Of a stretch of DNA of 64,000 nt, positions 1 to 14,883 are shown one piece after another (the stretch's first letter is position 1; each line of letters opens with the position of its first letter). The notes under the pieces were generated by a model. That model had not been told where the DNA came from. It saw only the letters and a list, made by a program, of their open reading frames with translations, and made no database searches. Source of the stretch: Octopus vulgaris (taxonomy: Eukaryota); contig OX597826.1 of NCBI GenBank assembly GCA_951406725.2, positions 57,784,001 to 57,848,000 on the forward strand. The letters are read 5' to 3'. Position numbers and translations under genes: made by a program.

Positions 1-1384
1 ATGTGATTTGAGGGAGATTTTTGGCTACTGCTTTTAGCAGAATGAATGACTGTTTTCCACAGAAGGGTTTAGAACATAAAAAAATTCAGCTATTCATAAC
101 TAGAAAATTCTCAAATTTCCAACATAACTTTAATGAAGCATTATTGTAATTTTATAAAAAAAAAAAAAAAAAAGGGAAAAAGAAACGTTATTTTACTTAG
201 TAATATTTCTATAACTTCAACAGGAAAGAGCCTCATTGAAAATATTAACTTTGTTTCCTTTTACAGTCCACTAATAAACATTTTCCCTGTTTTTATTTTG
301 TATCTAATTTATGCCAAAATAAAAGCTATTGTACCACTGAGGAGTTCAGAATAAGATCAAAACATATCAACAATTTTTTTCTCTTGTCAGAAAAATGAAA
401 ATATTAGTCACTGACAATTTTTTTTCTCTAAAGCATATTTATTTTTACTTCATGCATTATTAACTCTTTAAATTCCTGTAGTATTTACTTTATATAAATC
501 ACCCAGTCCTAATGCTGGTAGTCCAGCATAAAAATCATAAAAATATAACAATTATATGAAACTTGTAGACATGATATGATGATCATTGGTATACATTGTG
601 AATGTGATCTTTACCTGTTAACATATCACTTGTCCAAGTAGGCTGAATACAGATAAGTTGATTACAGGTAGATATTTTTACACATATGTCCAAGATAACA
701 ATTGCTGAACATAGATTTGCTGTAGCAGAGTTTTGGTTGTCTCTGTAACATAGAAGCTGCACAGCTCTGTTAGAAAAGCATTCATCTCATCCATTGATAT
801 GATGAAGGTGGAGTTGCCCCATTGATACACCCCTCTTGTATCAATGCCTTAATGCTCATCGTGATAAAAATTATTTCAGCAAGTTGGTAGAAAAATACTC
901 AATGGGATTTTCTTCTAAATTCAAATGTTTTTACTGCCCATATCACTGGCAAAAACATTAATGCATTGACCAACAACATGATCAGAATCAATAAATCTTG
1001 ATATCATTTAGTTCACTGGTATGTACAGTTGGCACTGAAATATCACTAATCATTTTCTTGAAATCCAAGCTCTGTCTAATTAAATTATTAATTAACAAAT
1101 AAAATAAATAAATAAATCAATAATAAATAATATCATCAAATTCTAACTCATACTTGAAATATTAACTTCTATGATGCTCCTGCATTGTAATTTTCATGGA
1201 GAGATGAGGCAGTGAAGATGTCTGCAGAAATTGTTTTAGCCATTCTGAAATTGCTTAAACTACATACAACTCAAAGAGTAGTAATTTTATCCACAGTATT
1301 AAGCCAATTCTTTGTGTTGATAAACAAATGATTCAGTTTTAGTACTTCCCACCCACCGAGACAAAATTGATATCCTAGAACCAA

Positions 1385-1592
1385 AGTGCCATGTAAAAAG
1401 CACTGGTATGGGTGCTGGTGCCACATAAAAAGCACCCAGTACACTCTGTAAAGTGGTTGGCATTAGGACGGACATCCAGCTGTAGAAACCAAGCCAAAAC
1501 AGACTATCAAACCTGGTGTGGTCTCTGACCTTCCCAGTTCTTGTCAAGCTGTCCAACTCATGCCAGAATAGAAAACAGACTGATGATGATGA
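1385..1592 (+). mobile_element. SINE fragment with RTE-type 3' tail and (GAT)n end (family C here), decayed
   Basis: ...gcacccagtacactctgtaaagtggttggcattaggacggacatccagctgtagaaacc...gtccaactcatgccagaatagaaaacagac(tga)n. Reverse-complement homologous to the copies at 7663, 26405 and 33446. Confidence 0.7.
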
Positions 1593-4500
1593 TATATTAA
1601 ACATATCAATAAGTATTGAAAACATAGCAATCTTACTATCACCTCATTCCAAAGTTACCAATCTGCAATATTGAAGCTTAACTCCAATAAAATAGAATAG
1701 GAAGCTGATCTCATGAGAGAACTTTCAGGAGCTTGTCTTTAACAGTGGCTTTCCATGCTGAGCACATGAAGAAAGTCAAACTTTTTCCCTTCATACTGTC
1801 ACATTAGTCATACTAGCAACACTAACAATAAAATGAGATCTATAAAAATAATCACATTGAGTATAAAGGTATAATTGATAATTTTCCTCCAGAACTTCTA
1901 AATATAGCATGTGACTCTCATTAATGGTAAAAATATAGTGAAAGAACTTCCTCCAATTTCAGTCATAATCCTCAAATGCCATCTTTACAACTAATGGCTT
2001 TAATTTAAGAGTAATTATGGCAATTGGTTCTAATTAGGGCGCTATTGCAGATTGTGATAACTATTAGAACTGCATGAATGGAGAAAGTTTGTTCAATCTC
2101 TGTTGGCAGATTTTTATGCTCAAAACACATCACCAAAAATTAATTCATAATTGTAAGGTAAGTTTGAAAACAACTTTCTCTTGATTAAAATTAAACTTAA
2201 CTAAACTCTGCCTATGTTTCTCTCTCTCACATAGCTACAACATTATATGTATTTTGCTACCAAATACGCTATTGACATTTGAGGGATACATGCCAATCCT
2301 CTAAAAGGTACATAGCTATATATTTGACTCCTCTATAACTACTTAGTCAGTTGAGCTAATACTGTATTTGGTATTATTCCAAATTGTCACAATGTCCTGG
2401 AGTAAAACAAAAAAAGAATTGAGAACTTTGAATTATTTTGTGTTTAAACACCTGCAAAGGATTTGTAGCTTGTTAGCACTGTTCAATGCCAACATTGAGT
2501 GTAATAAAGTAAATCGTGTTAGCATTTCTTTTATAGTATCAACATAGCATGCTACTTCTTGTTTGACCACCTCAGCTTTGCATCTTGATGATTTTCACAA
2601 CTAGCACTCAAAAATACCAGTTTCTGTTAGATAATCTAATTTTAAACAGTAGAATCTTTGACTAGTTCAAAGAGAAAAGTCCATTAAAAAAAGAAGAAAA
2701 AAAAATTCATCAGAATATAATAGCCATACACTGTAGCTGCTAAACTTCACTGGTCTGGACAAGCAATGTAATATCATAGCTCTAAATGATGCTAGGTCAA
2801 TTATATTTATATTTCCCATGAAACTTCCCAATACAATGTGAAGCTAGCTTAATTGGAAACTATGAAAGTTCTCACAAATATGATGTACAATACATATCTT
2901 ATTGCTTCAATGAAGTTCAGCTTCCTATCATGTTCTTCCTTCAGGTATATATGGCAAGATTACTCTCACCTTGCTTGTTAGATTCCTAATAGGAATTTAA
3001 ACTTTTCAAAACTCAAATCAATAAGCTGACGATAGGTGGCATAATTATCAGTTAAGCCTTAGGCTACAGTTCACCAATCTACCACAAAGCATCATTTTCT
3101 ATGTATAAGAATTATTTAATTTTCTCACACATTACTTGATTTTAGAAAGGCAATGGTAGATAAGATCTAAGACATTTTAAAATATCTTTTATTCTTAAGC
3201 AGACAATTTCTTTTATGTCCACACACATAGCCTTAATATTCCCTGCAAGTGTAAGGAGACAGAATTAATCAAAACAAAAATAACAAGCTATCAGTTACTA
3301 CTAATATTGATAAATTTCATTGTAAAACAGCAAGAAATATCTCAAAGAAACATAGTTATGGAAACACCAATGTATATATGTGAGTGTAACTGCATGCGGT
3401 TAAGTGTTTATTGCTATGCAAATATTTAAGACATCAATTAAGTTTTCTGTAGTGTATTCCCAAACAGATATAGGGTTTCATTTTGAAATCAACTTAACTA
3501 AACATATAACTTAGTTTGCATACCAACCACTAGTGGGAAAGGGAATTGTTAATTTAGAAACCAAATGTGAAGCCTTAGGCAATGGTCTTACAATTTCCAT
3601 TACAAATTTACATTAGAAAATGGCAAGACAAAATTTGTCTTCAGCCCCAATCCATGCAGTACTTTGATTATATCACCATGGAAACACAAGTTATACCATC
3701 TTTGATCCCTTCCTGAAGACATGTAACTCTTTCTATCATTAGTCAGAAGGAAAATAAACATAAAGCAAATGCCATTAGTTATAATGAAATATGTAAATAC
3801 AAGTATGATTCTTTTTCCTTTTAAAAATGTTTCGAATTAATAAACCAGTTTTATCACACATAAAAATGAAAATTAAAACTGAAAGAAAATTAGAAAAAGG
3901 TGAATAAGTACAGTGATTTTGGTGTTGTGACATGCTAATTGCTATAATCAGCCATTAGTAATCTCTGAGGATATAAAGTGCTTCAAGATACTGATAACAT
4001 TGGATAAACTGTTCGTTTAAGTAATGACCTTCTGCTTACCAAAGAATTTTGTCCAAATGACTATCTAATGGCATTTATTTTAATCTCTCCTACAGATTTA
4101 TCAACTTTGCTCCTATTTCATAAATGCCATTATCATACCATACATGCCACTGTTAATCTAGAGATGATAATAATCAGTCCATAGAATTAAAACCAACCCT
4201 ATTAGGAGCACAATCCTGCAGCAAAACTAACAAGTTAAATATGAGACAACAGCTGAATTTTAACTGGGAGCCTCCCCGCGCCCCCAACATCACCACCACA
4301 CAGATATACAAATTGTGTTTCAACTGAATTATTGAAACAGCAGCACATAATTAATGCACATTAACATAAGTACATTAAAATTAATAATTACTGTGGGGCA
4401 TCTTAAATACTGTATGTCAATCCTATTCCATTCATACAGTATCAGAATTGGTTGCAAAAGAGCCTTCAGTACATAATTTTCATAGAATCTAAATGCTATG

Positions 4501-5622
4501 AAAGTGACGCGTGTTTATACAAATCATAACAACATATAACTTACAATATTTTTATATGAATAAACTTTGATATATAGCTTCATTTTATGCAAAAATTATC
4601 TCAATTTATTCAGCAAAACTATATATTTCAAATTCTATTTGTTTATCCAAAGAGAGTTTACTAATGGAACTACAAATTAGAGGAAAAGGATGTGGTGAAA
4701 ATACTGGCAAGGGTAATAGATAAATAAGAATTACAGAAAGTTTAACATTTTTGGATATTTCGGGGCAGAGATTTGAGTGTAGAGAGCCTTGTGAGGAAAA
4801 ATAAAACTGAAGATACTGAGAAAAAGTAGGAAAGGAACTTAGAGAAGTTCATAAGTTTGGAAAAGTTTATGTGTTGTGAGGAGCCTAACATTTCTGTTTT
4901 TTTTATCTTTCCTTGTCTGAGAAAGACAAAACAAAAACAAAAAGGAATTGTTCAACTGAAAAGATAAAGAGATAGCTCACGAATGTAGATTGTTTTTTCC
5001 CCATGACATACCAAATTATCCAAGCTTTCACAAACTTCACTGCATAAATTTTACTGATGCTCATCAGTTTTGTCAAAAACTGCTTTTAAATTGGAAACCT
5101 AAGCTGGGTATATTTGTTACATATTTTACTTATATGCTGATTAAAATTGTTAAAGTAGTTACACGAGTTCAAACACTGCCTAAGAAAGAAGATAATACAG
5201 GAGAGAGAGGAGAGAGGGTAGGAGAAAGGGGAGAGAAAAATAAGAGAGAGGAGAGGAGATAGTAGAAAGAAGAGAAGAGAGAGTGAGAGAGAGAAGTTTT
5301 TCTTTTAAGTATGTTACGTTAAAGAAAAACTGGTTAAAAAAACTCGTCACTTAGGTTGACGAGAGAGGGATGACCTCCCTTTGCAAATACCATAAGGGCA
5401 CAGAAAGTGTGCCTAAAGCCAGCTGGAGACGATGATCTCCTGGGGCTACAAGCAACAGTAACACCCACCCTTAGTGGTTAGCCATATTGAGATGGCTGGT
5501 ATACTTTACGTTGTCGAGCAGTTACTGTTTACATCTCATTCAGAGATTTATTATTGTTTGTTTAAATAATGTCCTTCATTAAACTTTTTTCCTATTACTT
5601 AATGACTGTTTTATATTTTAAC

Positions 5623-5993
5623 TCTTTTACTTGCTTCAGTGATTTGACTTTAGCCATGCTGGAACACTGCCTTGAAAAGTTTTAGGACTTATTATTTTAA
5701 GCTTAGTACTTATTCTGTCTGAACCGCCAATGGTACGGGGACATAAACACACTAACATTGGTTGTCAAGCAGTGACAGGGGGACAAACACTGACACAAAG
5801 ACAGACAAACAAACAGACAAACACACACACAATAGGCTTCTTTAAGTTTTCGTCTACCAAATCCACTCACAAGGCTTTGGTTGGCCTGAGGCTATAGTAG
5901 AAGACACTTGCCCAAGGTGCCATGTGGTGGGACTGAACTTGGAACCATGTGGTTGGGAAGACAGCTTCTTACAACACAGCTATGCCTGCCCCT
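5623..5993 (-). mobile_element. tRNA-derived SINE (family A), CpG-decayed copy
   Basis: Colinear reverse-complement match to the intact copies at 29770, 54503 and 58531 (ccaaatccactcacaaggc, gaagacacttgcccaagg, ggaaccatgtggttgg), with many CG>TG/CA changes. Confidence 0.85.
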
Positions 5994-6379
5994 ATATTAA
6001 GGTTTTATAACCTTCTCATCATAATTCTCTGAATGATATGATGATAGTTACTGTACTCTATAGTAGGCAGCAAGGAATCAAGGAACTGATGAAATTGATG
6101 TGTTAAATACAAAACTGATACAATTGTCATTGATGGAGTTAAAATTATTTAACACTTAACTTCTGATAACATTCATAGTTTATTTCCCATAAGCATTAGC
6201 CATGTGATGGCTTTTGCTTGACCATCCATTTACAACAAAGAGCTATAAAAGCTGATTACAATACAAAAAAAAATATGTATGTAATATATTAAAACTTATA
6301 TAAGACAAAGTATATCTAGTGTTACCCTAAACCAATTTCAGATGGAAGCATACCCCCATGGAAACATGTCTGGCTCTGG

Positions 6380-6580
6380 GGAGATATTATTTAACTTGGA
6401 AAGAAGTGACAGTTGGTGATAGGAAGGGTATCTAGCCATAATAAATCTGCCTCAACAAATTCTGTCTGGCCACAGTGAGTGTGGAAAAGTGGACATTAAG
6501 AATCAAAGTTAAAATGGATGACGATGATGACGACAACAATGATGATGATGACGACAACAGTGATGACGATGACAACAATG
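6380..6580 (+). mobile_element. Decayed SINE 3' part with (GAT/GAC)n tail
   Basis: ggtgataggaagggtatctagccata...ggaaaagtggacattaag followed by gatgacgatgat repeats. Tail resembles family C. Confidence 0.5.
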
Positions 6581-7475
6581 AGGAATTCCCCAGTAAATAA
6601 TGAGAATAAACAAGGTCAAAACAGTAATCCTCAGACATGCAGGTTTTCTTAAAGTTGTAACCTCAGAATTACTTCAGAGCAAACTTTAAAATTTTTTTTA
6701 TATTATCTGTTAATTTAATGGTGTATGGGATCTTAGGAAAGAGAAGGAGAGATAGAGAGTATGTGTGAGAGAGAATAAAGCTCTTAGAAAATGATAAAAA
6801 AACACAGACCAATCATTTCTCACTACAGAAATACAAACTGGCGGTTTAATAGAATTTTCAAATTCTAGCAGTAACTCTCCTAATAGATTCGTATGTGTAA
6901 TCTTGAATCTGATTTTTGCATCAACAGAGTTTTGAAAAGAGAAAATCTATTTACATTAAATAATGATTAATGATGTTAATAACAACAACAACAACCACAC
7001 CAACATTTTGACCACCGAGGTAATATAAATAGACTTATTTCTTATGTCTTATAATCAGTTAAGAAATACTATTCAATGATATGCAAATGAGAACAAAAAT
7101 GAAAATTGTGTAAAACTTCAAGAAGAATTTTTAGTCTATTATTAACAGCTATATTGACCATACTTAAGGTCAGACAAAAATGCGTGCTGTTTACAATTCA
7201 TAGCCAGAATGACATTTATGTCAAATAAACCTGCCATGCTTGCATGTGTTGAATATACATTGAGCACTATAGCCTATGATCAGCCAATCGTTGTGCTTCT
7301 TTGCCTAGAATTCTGTCAAATAAACATTCAGTTATATCATACATTCAGTCATCTGATCCTAAATTATAACTTACTGAATGCAAGGAAAATAAAATGCTTC
7401 TCGAGCAAAGACGAAATTTCGATCATAAGTAGTATATACAACAACAGGCAGTGCCTGTATCATTTATAAACCATT

Positions 7476-7534
<59 letters not shown>

Positions 7535-7662
7535 TACTACTACTACTGTGTGGAATAGGTGGTAAATGAAGATAAACAATTGAGCATGTGTCGCAATTTA
7601 CAAGCATTGGACGAAGATTGTTATGACTCTAATAGTAACATGCAAATGGATTATATGATAAA

Positions 7663-7995
7663 TCATCATCATCATCATTTAACCATTTAACGTCTGTTTT
7701 CCATGCTGGCATAGGTTAGATGGCTTAACAGGAGCTGGCATGGTCAGGGGCTGCACCATGTTCAATTGTCTGTTTTTGGTGGTTTCTACAGCTAGATACC
7801 CTTCCTAATGCCAGCCACTTTATAAAGTATATTGGGTGCTTTTCACATGACACCATCACCAGTGCTCTTTTCATATGGCACCATCATCAGTGCTTTCTAC
7901 ATGGTACCAGCAGCAGTGCTTTTTAGATAGTGCTATCACCAGTACCTTTTATGTGGCACCAGTGTTTCTTATGTGGTACCAACACCAGTGCTTTT
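7663..7995 (-). mobile_element. Family C SINE with internal degenerate ~26-bp tandem array
   Basis: (cat)n-tttaacgtctgttttccatgctggcat...gatacccttcctaatgcca..., then about 6 degenerate units of gtgctttt.a..tggcaccagcacca (7836-7995). Confidence 0.7.
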
Positions 7996-9872
7996 GATCA
8001 AGTTCGATTAAATAATTTGATAAATGATAATAAAATTCTAACTTAAGTCAAAAATGAAATAAGTTTTTTAAAAAAAATCTAAGATTATAGTCAATTAGGA
8101 AATCTCAAAATTATTGCTTACTCTGCTCAAACTAGCATCCAACTGTCCCTCTAAGAGGAAACATTAGATAATGTAGTCCTAGATACACCATACCCAAATA
8201 AAAATTTAGTAATGCTTAAACAAAGAAAAGTCTACTTCTTCAGTTTTATACAACCAGAAGTGTATTATAAACATCTCTATATAAACGCATTTTAGTTATC
8301 CAAAAAATAAGATTTATTATAAATGGTTAGTTTAGAATAGCTGTTTATTTCTCCAACAACAAATATAAATTTTGAAAACAAATTGATATTGCAAAAGCAA
8401 CCTATTACTCTAATACAAAACCTTGGTAATAAATAATTTTGGAAAGAAGATATTCTGAAAGACAATTATAGTAATTCTAATACCAATTAGAATGAAGTTG
8501 TTAGCAGTATTTTTAATGTCCCTATTATTATTAATTTAAACAAATTTTGTGAACAAATTCTCAATAATAACATTCCATTTTGCCAAAGCAGTTCTTTTCA
8601 TTAGTCATGTTAGAACAACCAAATGGGTAAAATAATAGACTTTGGTAAACAAGACAGAAATAAGCTTTAACTGACTAATACATTTCACTAATTTATAACT
8701 ATAGACATTAAGAAAATGTAAAGCCAAATTTTACAAATGATTCTTTAACAAGGTTATATTTGTTCACAATTATGTATGTCTGTGTGTATTTGAATACAAA
8801 TATATTCATTAATATATGTGTATATGCATAAATGTATGTGTGTGTATCTATATGTATGTAGATGAATGTATGAAAATTAGGGAAGAAAAGAAGGCAATGG
8901 AAGAAGAAAATGAAAAGGATGGTTGTGAAAAAGACATTAAAGAGAAAATTGTAACTGCTCAAGCAGACATGGAAGAGAAATCTGTTCCCTAATTTCTCCC
9001 AGTGTTGTTTAGTTCCTAACCATTTCCTCTAGCTTTAATCTGAACTTACTTTCAGCCTGATTTACTTTGTATCAAATTTTCTGTAAAAGTGTAATTTCAA
9101 GTTCATAGATGTTTGTAAGTTCAAGCCAAAGTGATGGGGACATTTGCCCATCTCCACACACACACACACACACACATTTCTACCTCATATTAAACTGAGT
9201 TTGATAATTTAGTTTCTGCTGTAATGGCAAGGGAAGAAAAGAAATTTAAAAAAAAATACATAAATAATCATCTAAACAAAGTAGACAGCAGATTGCAGCA
9301 TCATTAACACGCATCTAACTTCGTTGTCTTGTTTTTGCCCTCCGACATTAGATAAACATGCATTGTTCTGTCCAGAACTTTAAGACTAACCAGTATAGCC
9401 AGACAGGATGACAAGAATACAAAGACAGCATTACAGAAAATAAAAATGGAGAAGTTTGAGAAAGACAGAGAAAGGTATAATTCAATTTGTTGAATAGCAC
9501 TTTGAACAAAAAGTAGAAAGGATCTGTAGAGCAAAACAGAAACTTCACAAGTGCATGATCAAAAGAAATTAAAAGAATATTAGTTTAACATCAAGGCTTG
9601 ACTACAGGAAACACAAGTTAAAATGAATTTCAAATACATCAAGTAAATGAAAAGGCTTTAATTGAATTTCGAGAATTAAACATTAACAAAAGCAGTAAAG
9701 AGTAATGAATGCTGGGTAATCAGAAAAGGAAGATAATCATGTAAGTAAGGAACGAGATTTTCTTTGTATAATGTTCAGTGAATATAAAAGAAAAGAAAAT
9801 GAAGAATGTCTCCAAGAAAAATACGTGTGTGTGTGTATGATGTATGAGCAAGAGTCATTCTCTCTCTCTCTT

Positions 9873-9874
<2 letters not shown>

Positions 9875-9922
<48 letters not shown>

Positions 9923-10075
9923 CACACAACACACATACACACACATGCATGCACACCTACAAATACACATATACACATCTGCACACACATACGTACACAC
10001 AATCACACACACACACACATGCATGCACACCTACAAATACACACATCTGCACACGCATACGTACATACATGCACG

Positions 10076-10106
<31 letters not shown>

Positions 10107-10128
10107 ACATACACGCACACACACACAA
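9875..10128. repeat. Compound (TA)n/(CA)n microsatellite with internal ~30-bp duplication
   Basis: (TA)n, then a CA-rich tract in which cacacatgcatgcacacctacaaatacaca occurs twice. Confidence 0.9.
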
Positions 10129-10399
10129 TTACCACTACCACTAATCATAAATAACACAAGAGCCCAGGTTTGGAAATAATCAGTATGGATTTCTTTAGAC
10201 AAGTGACAAAGCTAATTGTTTTGTTGTGAAGACAGTGACATAGCATGGAAGGGATGGTGCTGGCTGTGTGTACCAGACAAGATGGTCACTTTATTTATGT
10301 GTGTTTGCTGTGGTCAAAGGTTTAAGGATCAGGGTGGTCAATTTGTTTACCACACATGATGGCCAAAACCCATGCTGCACCACAATATGGAGAAGTGTA

Positions 10400-11760
10400 G
10401 TGAATGGGAAAATTTGAACTCTGGTGGTTGACAGCCATATGGTGGCAAAAGCAGTTGAAGGCAAGGGAAGCAGCTGGACCATCAGGGATATTCACTAAGA
10501 TGCTGAAACTATTTGGCAAAATAATACACAGTAGTCCTTCATATAGTCAATCGAGTTGTAAAGGAAAGTGCCATCCTCAGTGACTGGCATTGCAGTGTTT
10601 CTTTATTAACTACAACAAGAGTAAAGAAAATGCTCCAGAATTACAGAAAAGTTAACTTAATTTAATGAAGATAACAGAGAGTTATAACTCTACTATTTTG
10701 GGAGAGAATTAGCTTAGATGCAAGAGTATCACTTATGCTTTTTTCTTAGTGAGGCAACATTGATATAGAGAAGGCCAGTTAGTGGCCACAAAGAAAATTT
10801 GATGTAGATGAATGGCTGGTGAGAGTTGTGCAAGTCATATACAAAGTCATATATAGTAAGGTGGGAATTATCAATGAGTTTAGTAAGGGACTTAGCATAC
10901 AGGTAGGTGTCCAAGATTTGGTTGTCAGTCCCTTCTAGTTTATGTAGTTTGGCAATCCATAATAAAGAATTTCAAAATTGTACCTGTTGGTACTGCTGTA
11001 TGTTGCTGATCTAGCTCTTAAAACAAAATTAAAAAAAAATTTTAGAGGAAATGCTCCAAACATGGAAGCAGAGCCTAGAAGCAGGAAGTCTAAAACTCTG
11101 TTGCTATTTGGATAGTAGCCAGGCTTGATATGACTAAAAAGGGTGTAGACTATAGGCACACAAGTGATGCAGTAGGATTACAGCAGGCTGGCATAGAAGA
11201 ATGACTTTAACAAATGCACTAGTATTTAGCAGCATTATCACCCATTAATTGAATGTCCTCAAATGTGTTGTAGGCTAGCAAAAAGTAAGCTTCTGTTACT
11301 TAGGGGCCTATTCAATTTTGAAAGGAGGGTGTTCTGAAAATATAACCAGTGTATGAACGGATGGAAAAGATTTAGGGATGTATAACTTCTGCTGGTAACA
11401 AAGGAATTGTCTTTCCAAGTGAATAACAGATTGTATAACGTTTGAATATGAAATACAATATTGATTAATAGATGACTACTGAATGTACTAGGATGTGCAA
11501 GAGGAAGAAAGCATATTGGACGTGTTCTGCTATACATCTAGCATTAGTTTGCATCAATGATGGAGAACAAAGGAGCTGAAAGAAAACCTGGGAATAGTTG
11601 TGTTCATACAAATATGTGAAGCATAAGGATGAGTGTTGGGTTAAGTAGCACCAAGCAATTCAAGCAAAAGGAACTGCTGAAGAGAAAGTAGCTCATGAAA
11701 GTGATGATAAGGCGTCACAATATGCAACAGGATACTGTGCTGAAGAAGACCTGTCTAACT
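10400..11760 (+). mobile_element. Heavily degraded RTE-clade LINE reverse-transcriptase fragment
   Basis: Manual translation gives remnants of RT motifs in the correct order: AAGPSGI (~10469), IxSDW (~10572), ERISLD (~10702), QVGVQDxVVSPF (VGVHQGSVLSP-like, ~10900), LLYVADLAL (YADD-like, ~10993), WKQSLEA (~11063), WKRFR...LLVTKELS (~11362). Many stops and frameshifts. Confidence 0.8.
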
Positions 11761-13338
11761 CATGAAAACATGAATATATAACTTGTGTAAAATACTGATG
11801 TTAAGAGGAGGAATGAAAATTAAATTTGTCCAATGTTTAACAATTTCTTTTAACAGATTTCTCTACCAACAATTGCAGTGATTTCAAACATAGATTTTAG
11901 GTGCCAGATTTTGAACAGGTGGCAGTAACGTTATTCATCTACTACTTATTTAATCAAATACAGATTCATCAATCACAGAAGGATGAAAAGCAATGTTGAC
12001 TGCAGTAGGATTTGAACTCGGAATATAAAGGGAAATAACTAAATATCACAAGGCACAATAATAGCAATAATAATGACAACAATAACAAAGAAGTACTTTT
12101 AATTAATGATGCTGTATAAATTGGATGTTTCCAAAAATTTTTAGTGATATGGTTACTAATGATACACAAGAATTGCTAATATTAAAATAGATTAACAATA
12201 TATATTCTATGCAAAGCTTTAATCTGAATTTGCAGATATGTTCAGCAAAAGAAAATGTTCTACTCCAAAAGAGAGAGCAGAGAGATTTTTTTAAAAAAAG
12301 TATTCATAAACACATCTGCAATGAAAATGGTAATCTCAAATAAAATGAAAATCTGCTGAATAATAATAAACAAACCTCTAAAACAAGGCTACATGTCATT
12401 AGATTTATGCATGCTCATGTACAACTCAAATTAAAATTTCAATCTATAATAATTAATAAATGCAAGACTAATTAGTGATATCTATCTCCCACCAAAAATT
12501 TATCCTGAGGTTACATGAAAAAGAAGCCTGACAAATAAATTACTTGAAAAATATTGAGATATAAAATTTAAGAAATATATTTATTTATTTAGAGTTCAAG
12601 AGACTTAAATTGAGACCATGTGTATTGAAACTGCTAAGTTAGTCATTTATGTCTTAAGTAGCATAGTACTGTATATCAAGCAGGTACATGGAACTACATA
12701 GACTCCATATATAATTGTAAAATCAAAAAGAAAAAAAAGAAAGATTAGCATGATTATAAGCTAATGAATGATAGGTTGAGAATTATGAAAGCTGATATGG
12801 GATAAATATCCATCATTGGTTGAACTAGTTGACACAACATTGATAAGTCAGTTGCTGCAAGGAACCTTAGTAAATTAATTATCTTCTAGTTGGAGTTTCT
12901 CACCTGCTCCGTAAGTGTTTTGCTAGTGAAGAAGATTGGCAGATGTAAAATTAGTAATGCCAATAGTGGAAAGGTAACTTTGGAGTGTGTGTGTTGACAG
13001 AGCAATCAACACATTGATGCAAGCAAGCAGACAGACAGACAGAGATAGAGGTTTGACAAACCTGCAAGATGTATATGATGTTTCAATGGTAACAATGGCA
13101 ATTATTATGGTCAAAAGCAATTTAATTACAGTCAAATGAAGCAGGTAGGAAAAAAAAACAAAACAATTTTTTAAGCTAGTAAATAACGTAATTAAACATC
13201 AAATATGATAAAACAGTTTTCACAGAATGATGATGGTGACGATGGTGGTGGTGGTGATGATGATGGTGATGATGATAAATAGATGCATTAGACTAACCTC
13301 ACTAATTTGTTTCATTATTGATCAACAAAACATTTTTG

Positions 13339-13386
<48 letters not shown>

Positions 13387-13780
13387 TATACTACAAAACT
13401 TATTTCAATGTAATTTTACAATTCTATAAAATACAGAAGAAACTTTCTGTTTAATAATGGATGTGATTAAATCTGCGAATTAGGTTTTTGGAGTAGGCTT
13501 TGAATAAGCTGCCTTGTTGATGTTGTTGTCATTCTTCTTGTTATGTGTTATGTTGTTGATGTTGAACTTGTTTACTCAAATTATTTGCCTCTATTTTGAT
13601 TGGCAAGCTGTGTTGTTCTTAATTAAAGAATTAATTCATTTTCTCTGCCTGTATTCCTGTCTCTCCCTCTTCCCAGAAATGACGATTATTGATTTGAACA
13701 AACTCTGGTTAGAAACAGTAGCAAGGATACTGACCATGGTTCAATACTAGGAGCAGGAAAATATTTTAAACAATATTTGG

Positions 13781-13811
<31 letters not shown>

Positions 13812-14028
13812 AATATCAAAGGGTAATCAGAAATATTAGAAATTTCCATTACCAATAGCCTAGCTTGTAAAAATTTAGTCAATAGACTATATATTATTCA
13901 TATAAATACAGTGTACATTTAAACACATAAGAAGCATCCATCATAGGACTCCTTGCACGCTAGAGAGAACAGTTAAATTCCAAACCACTATTAGGGATAA
14001 AATTTCGAAGGGAATGAAAAATACAAAA

Positions 14029-14112
14029 AGTGAGATATCAGTACAGCCATCGGAAACAAGCTGATTAGTTCTATGTCAAGTAATAGTGATGATAATGCTG
14101 ATGATGAAGATA
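14029..14112 (+). repeat. 84-bp direct repeat, copy 1 (copy 2 at 16444-16527)
   Basis: agtgagatatcagtacagccatc(g/a)gaaacaagctgattagttctatgtcaagtaatagtgatgataat... with 3 mismatches between copies. Confidence 0.9.
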
Positions 14113-14172
14113 TATAAATATATGTGAGTGTGTATTTGTGTGTGTATATGTGCTTCTCTTTCTCTTTTTTTC

Positions 14173-14565
14173 TCTTTTTACTTGTTTCAGTCATTTTGAC
14201 TGCGGCCATGCTGGTGCACCGCCTTTAATCAAGCAACTCGACCCCAGGACTTATTCTTTGTAAGCCCAGTACTTATTCTATCGGTCTCTTTTGCCGAACC
14301 GCTAAGTGACGGGGACATAAACACACCAGCATCGGTTGTCAAGCAATGCTAGAGGGACAAACACAGACACACAAACATACATGCACATACATATATGTAC
14401 ATATATATGACAGGCTTCTTTCAGTTTCCGTCTACCAAATCCACTCACAAGGCATTGGTCGGCCCGGGGCTTTAGTAGAAGACACTTGCCCAAGGTGCCA
14501 CGCAATTGGACTGAACCCAGGACCATGTGCTTGGTAAACAAGCTACTTACCACACAGCCACTCCT
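14173..14565 (-). mobile_element. tRNA-derived SINE (family A)
   Basis: Near full-length reverse-complement match to 58531-58946, including the internal (CA)/(TA) tract and the tail ccagcatggccgcagtcaaaatgactgaaacaag. Confidence 0.9.
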
Positions 14566-14607
14566 CTGCTTGTGTATATAAGCTTCCACGAAAGGCGCCG
14601 GATCCGT

Positions 14608-14747
14608 TGTTATAAGAGTCGGAACTTTTAGTTCAGCGTATGCGGCTGGCCTCGCATCGAAAGGGAATATATATTTATAGAACTCAACACAGGTTCTTTG
14701 TTGAATAAAAACATTGTGAGAATAGGAAGCTTCAGTGTCTCACAACA
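14608..14747 (+). mobile_element. Possible small solo LTR
   Basis: Termini tgttataaga...tctcacaaca (TG...CA, imperfect inverted ends), with an internal TATA-like atatttatag and AATAAA. TSD is only imperfect (tccgt/accat). Confidence 0.3.
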
Positions 14748-14883
14748 ACCATTGGTTTCGTATTGAGAAGGGAGGTTTTAAACTACGAAATGGTACTGAA
14801 ATCTTCAAAACCTCATATTTTAAAGATTTTAGTACCAAACAGTAGCCACTGATGATCATCATTGTCAGTATTGTCATGGTATT

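Noticed and set aside
615-768. Minus-strand AG...GT bounded open segment (AVQLLCYRDNQNS...WTSDMLT)
   Set aside because: One frame is open but the peptide is not recognisable and the donor (GTAAAG) is weak, so support is insufficient.
5311-5560. GC-richer segment starting tgttacg as an LTR
   Set aside because: No matching CA terminus or TSD found, so left unclassified.
7836-7995. Regularly spaced ~26-bp repeats resembling a CRISPR
   Set aside because: Degenerate tandem expansion of a motif inside a family C SINE, with no spacers.
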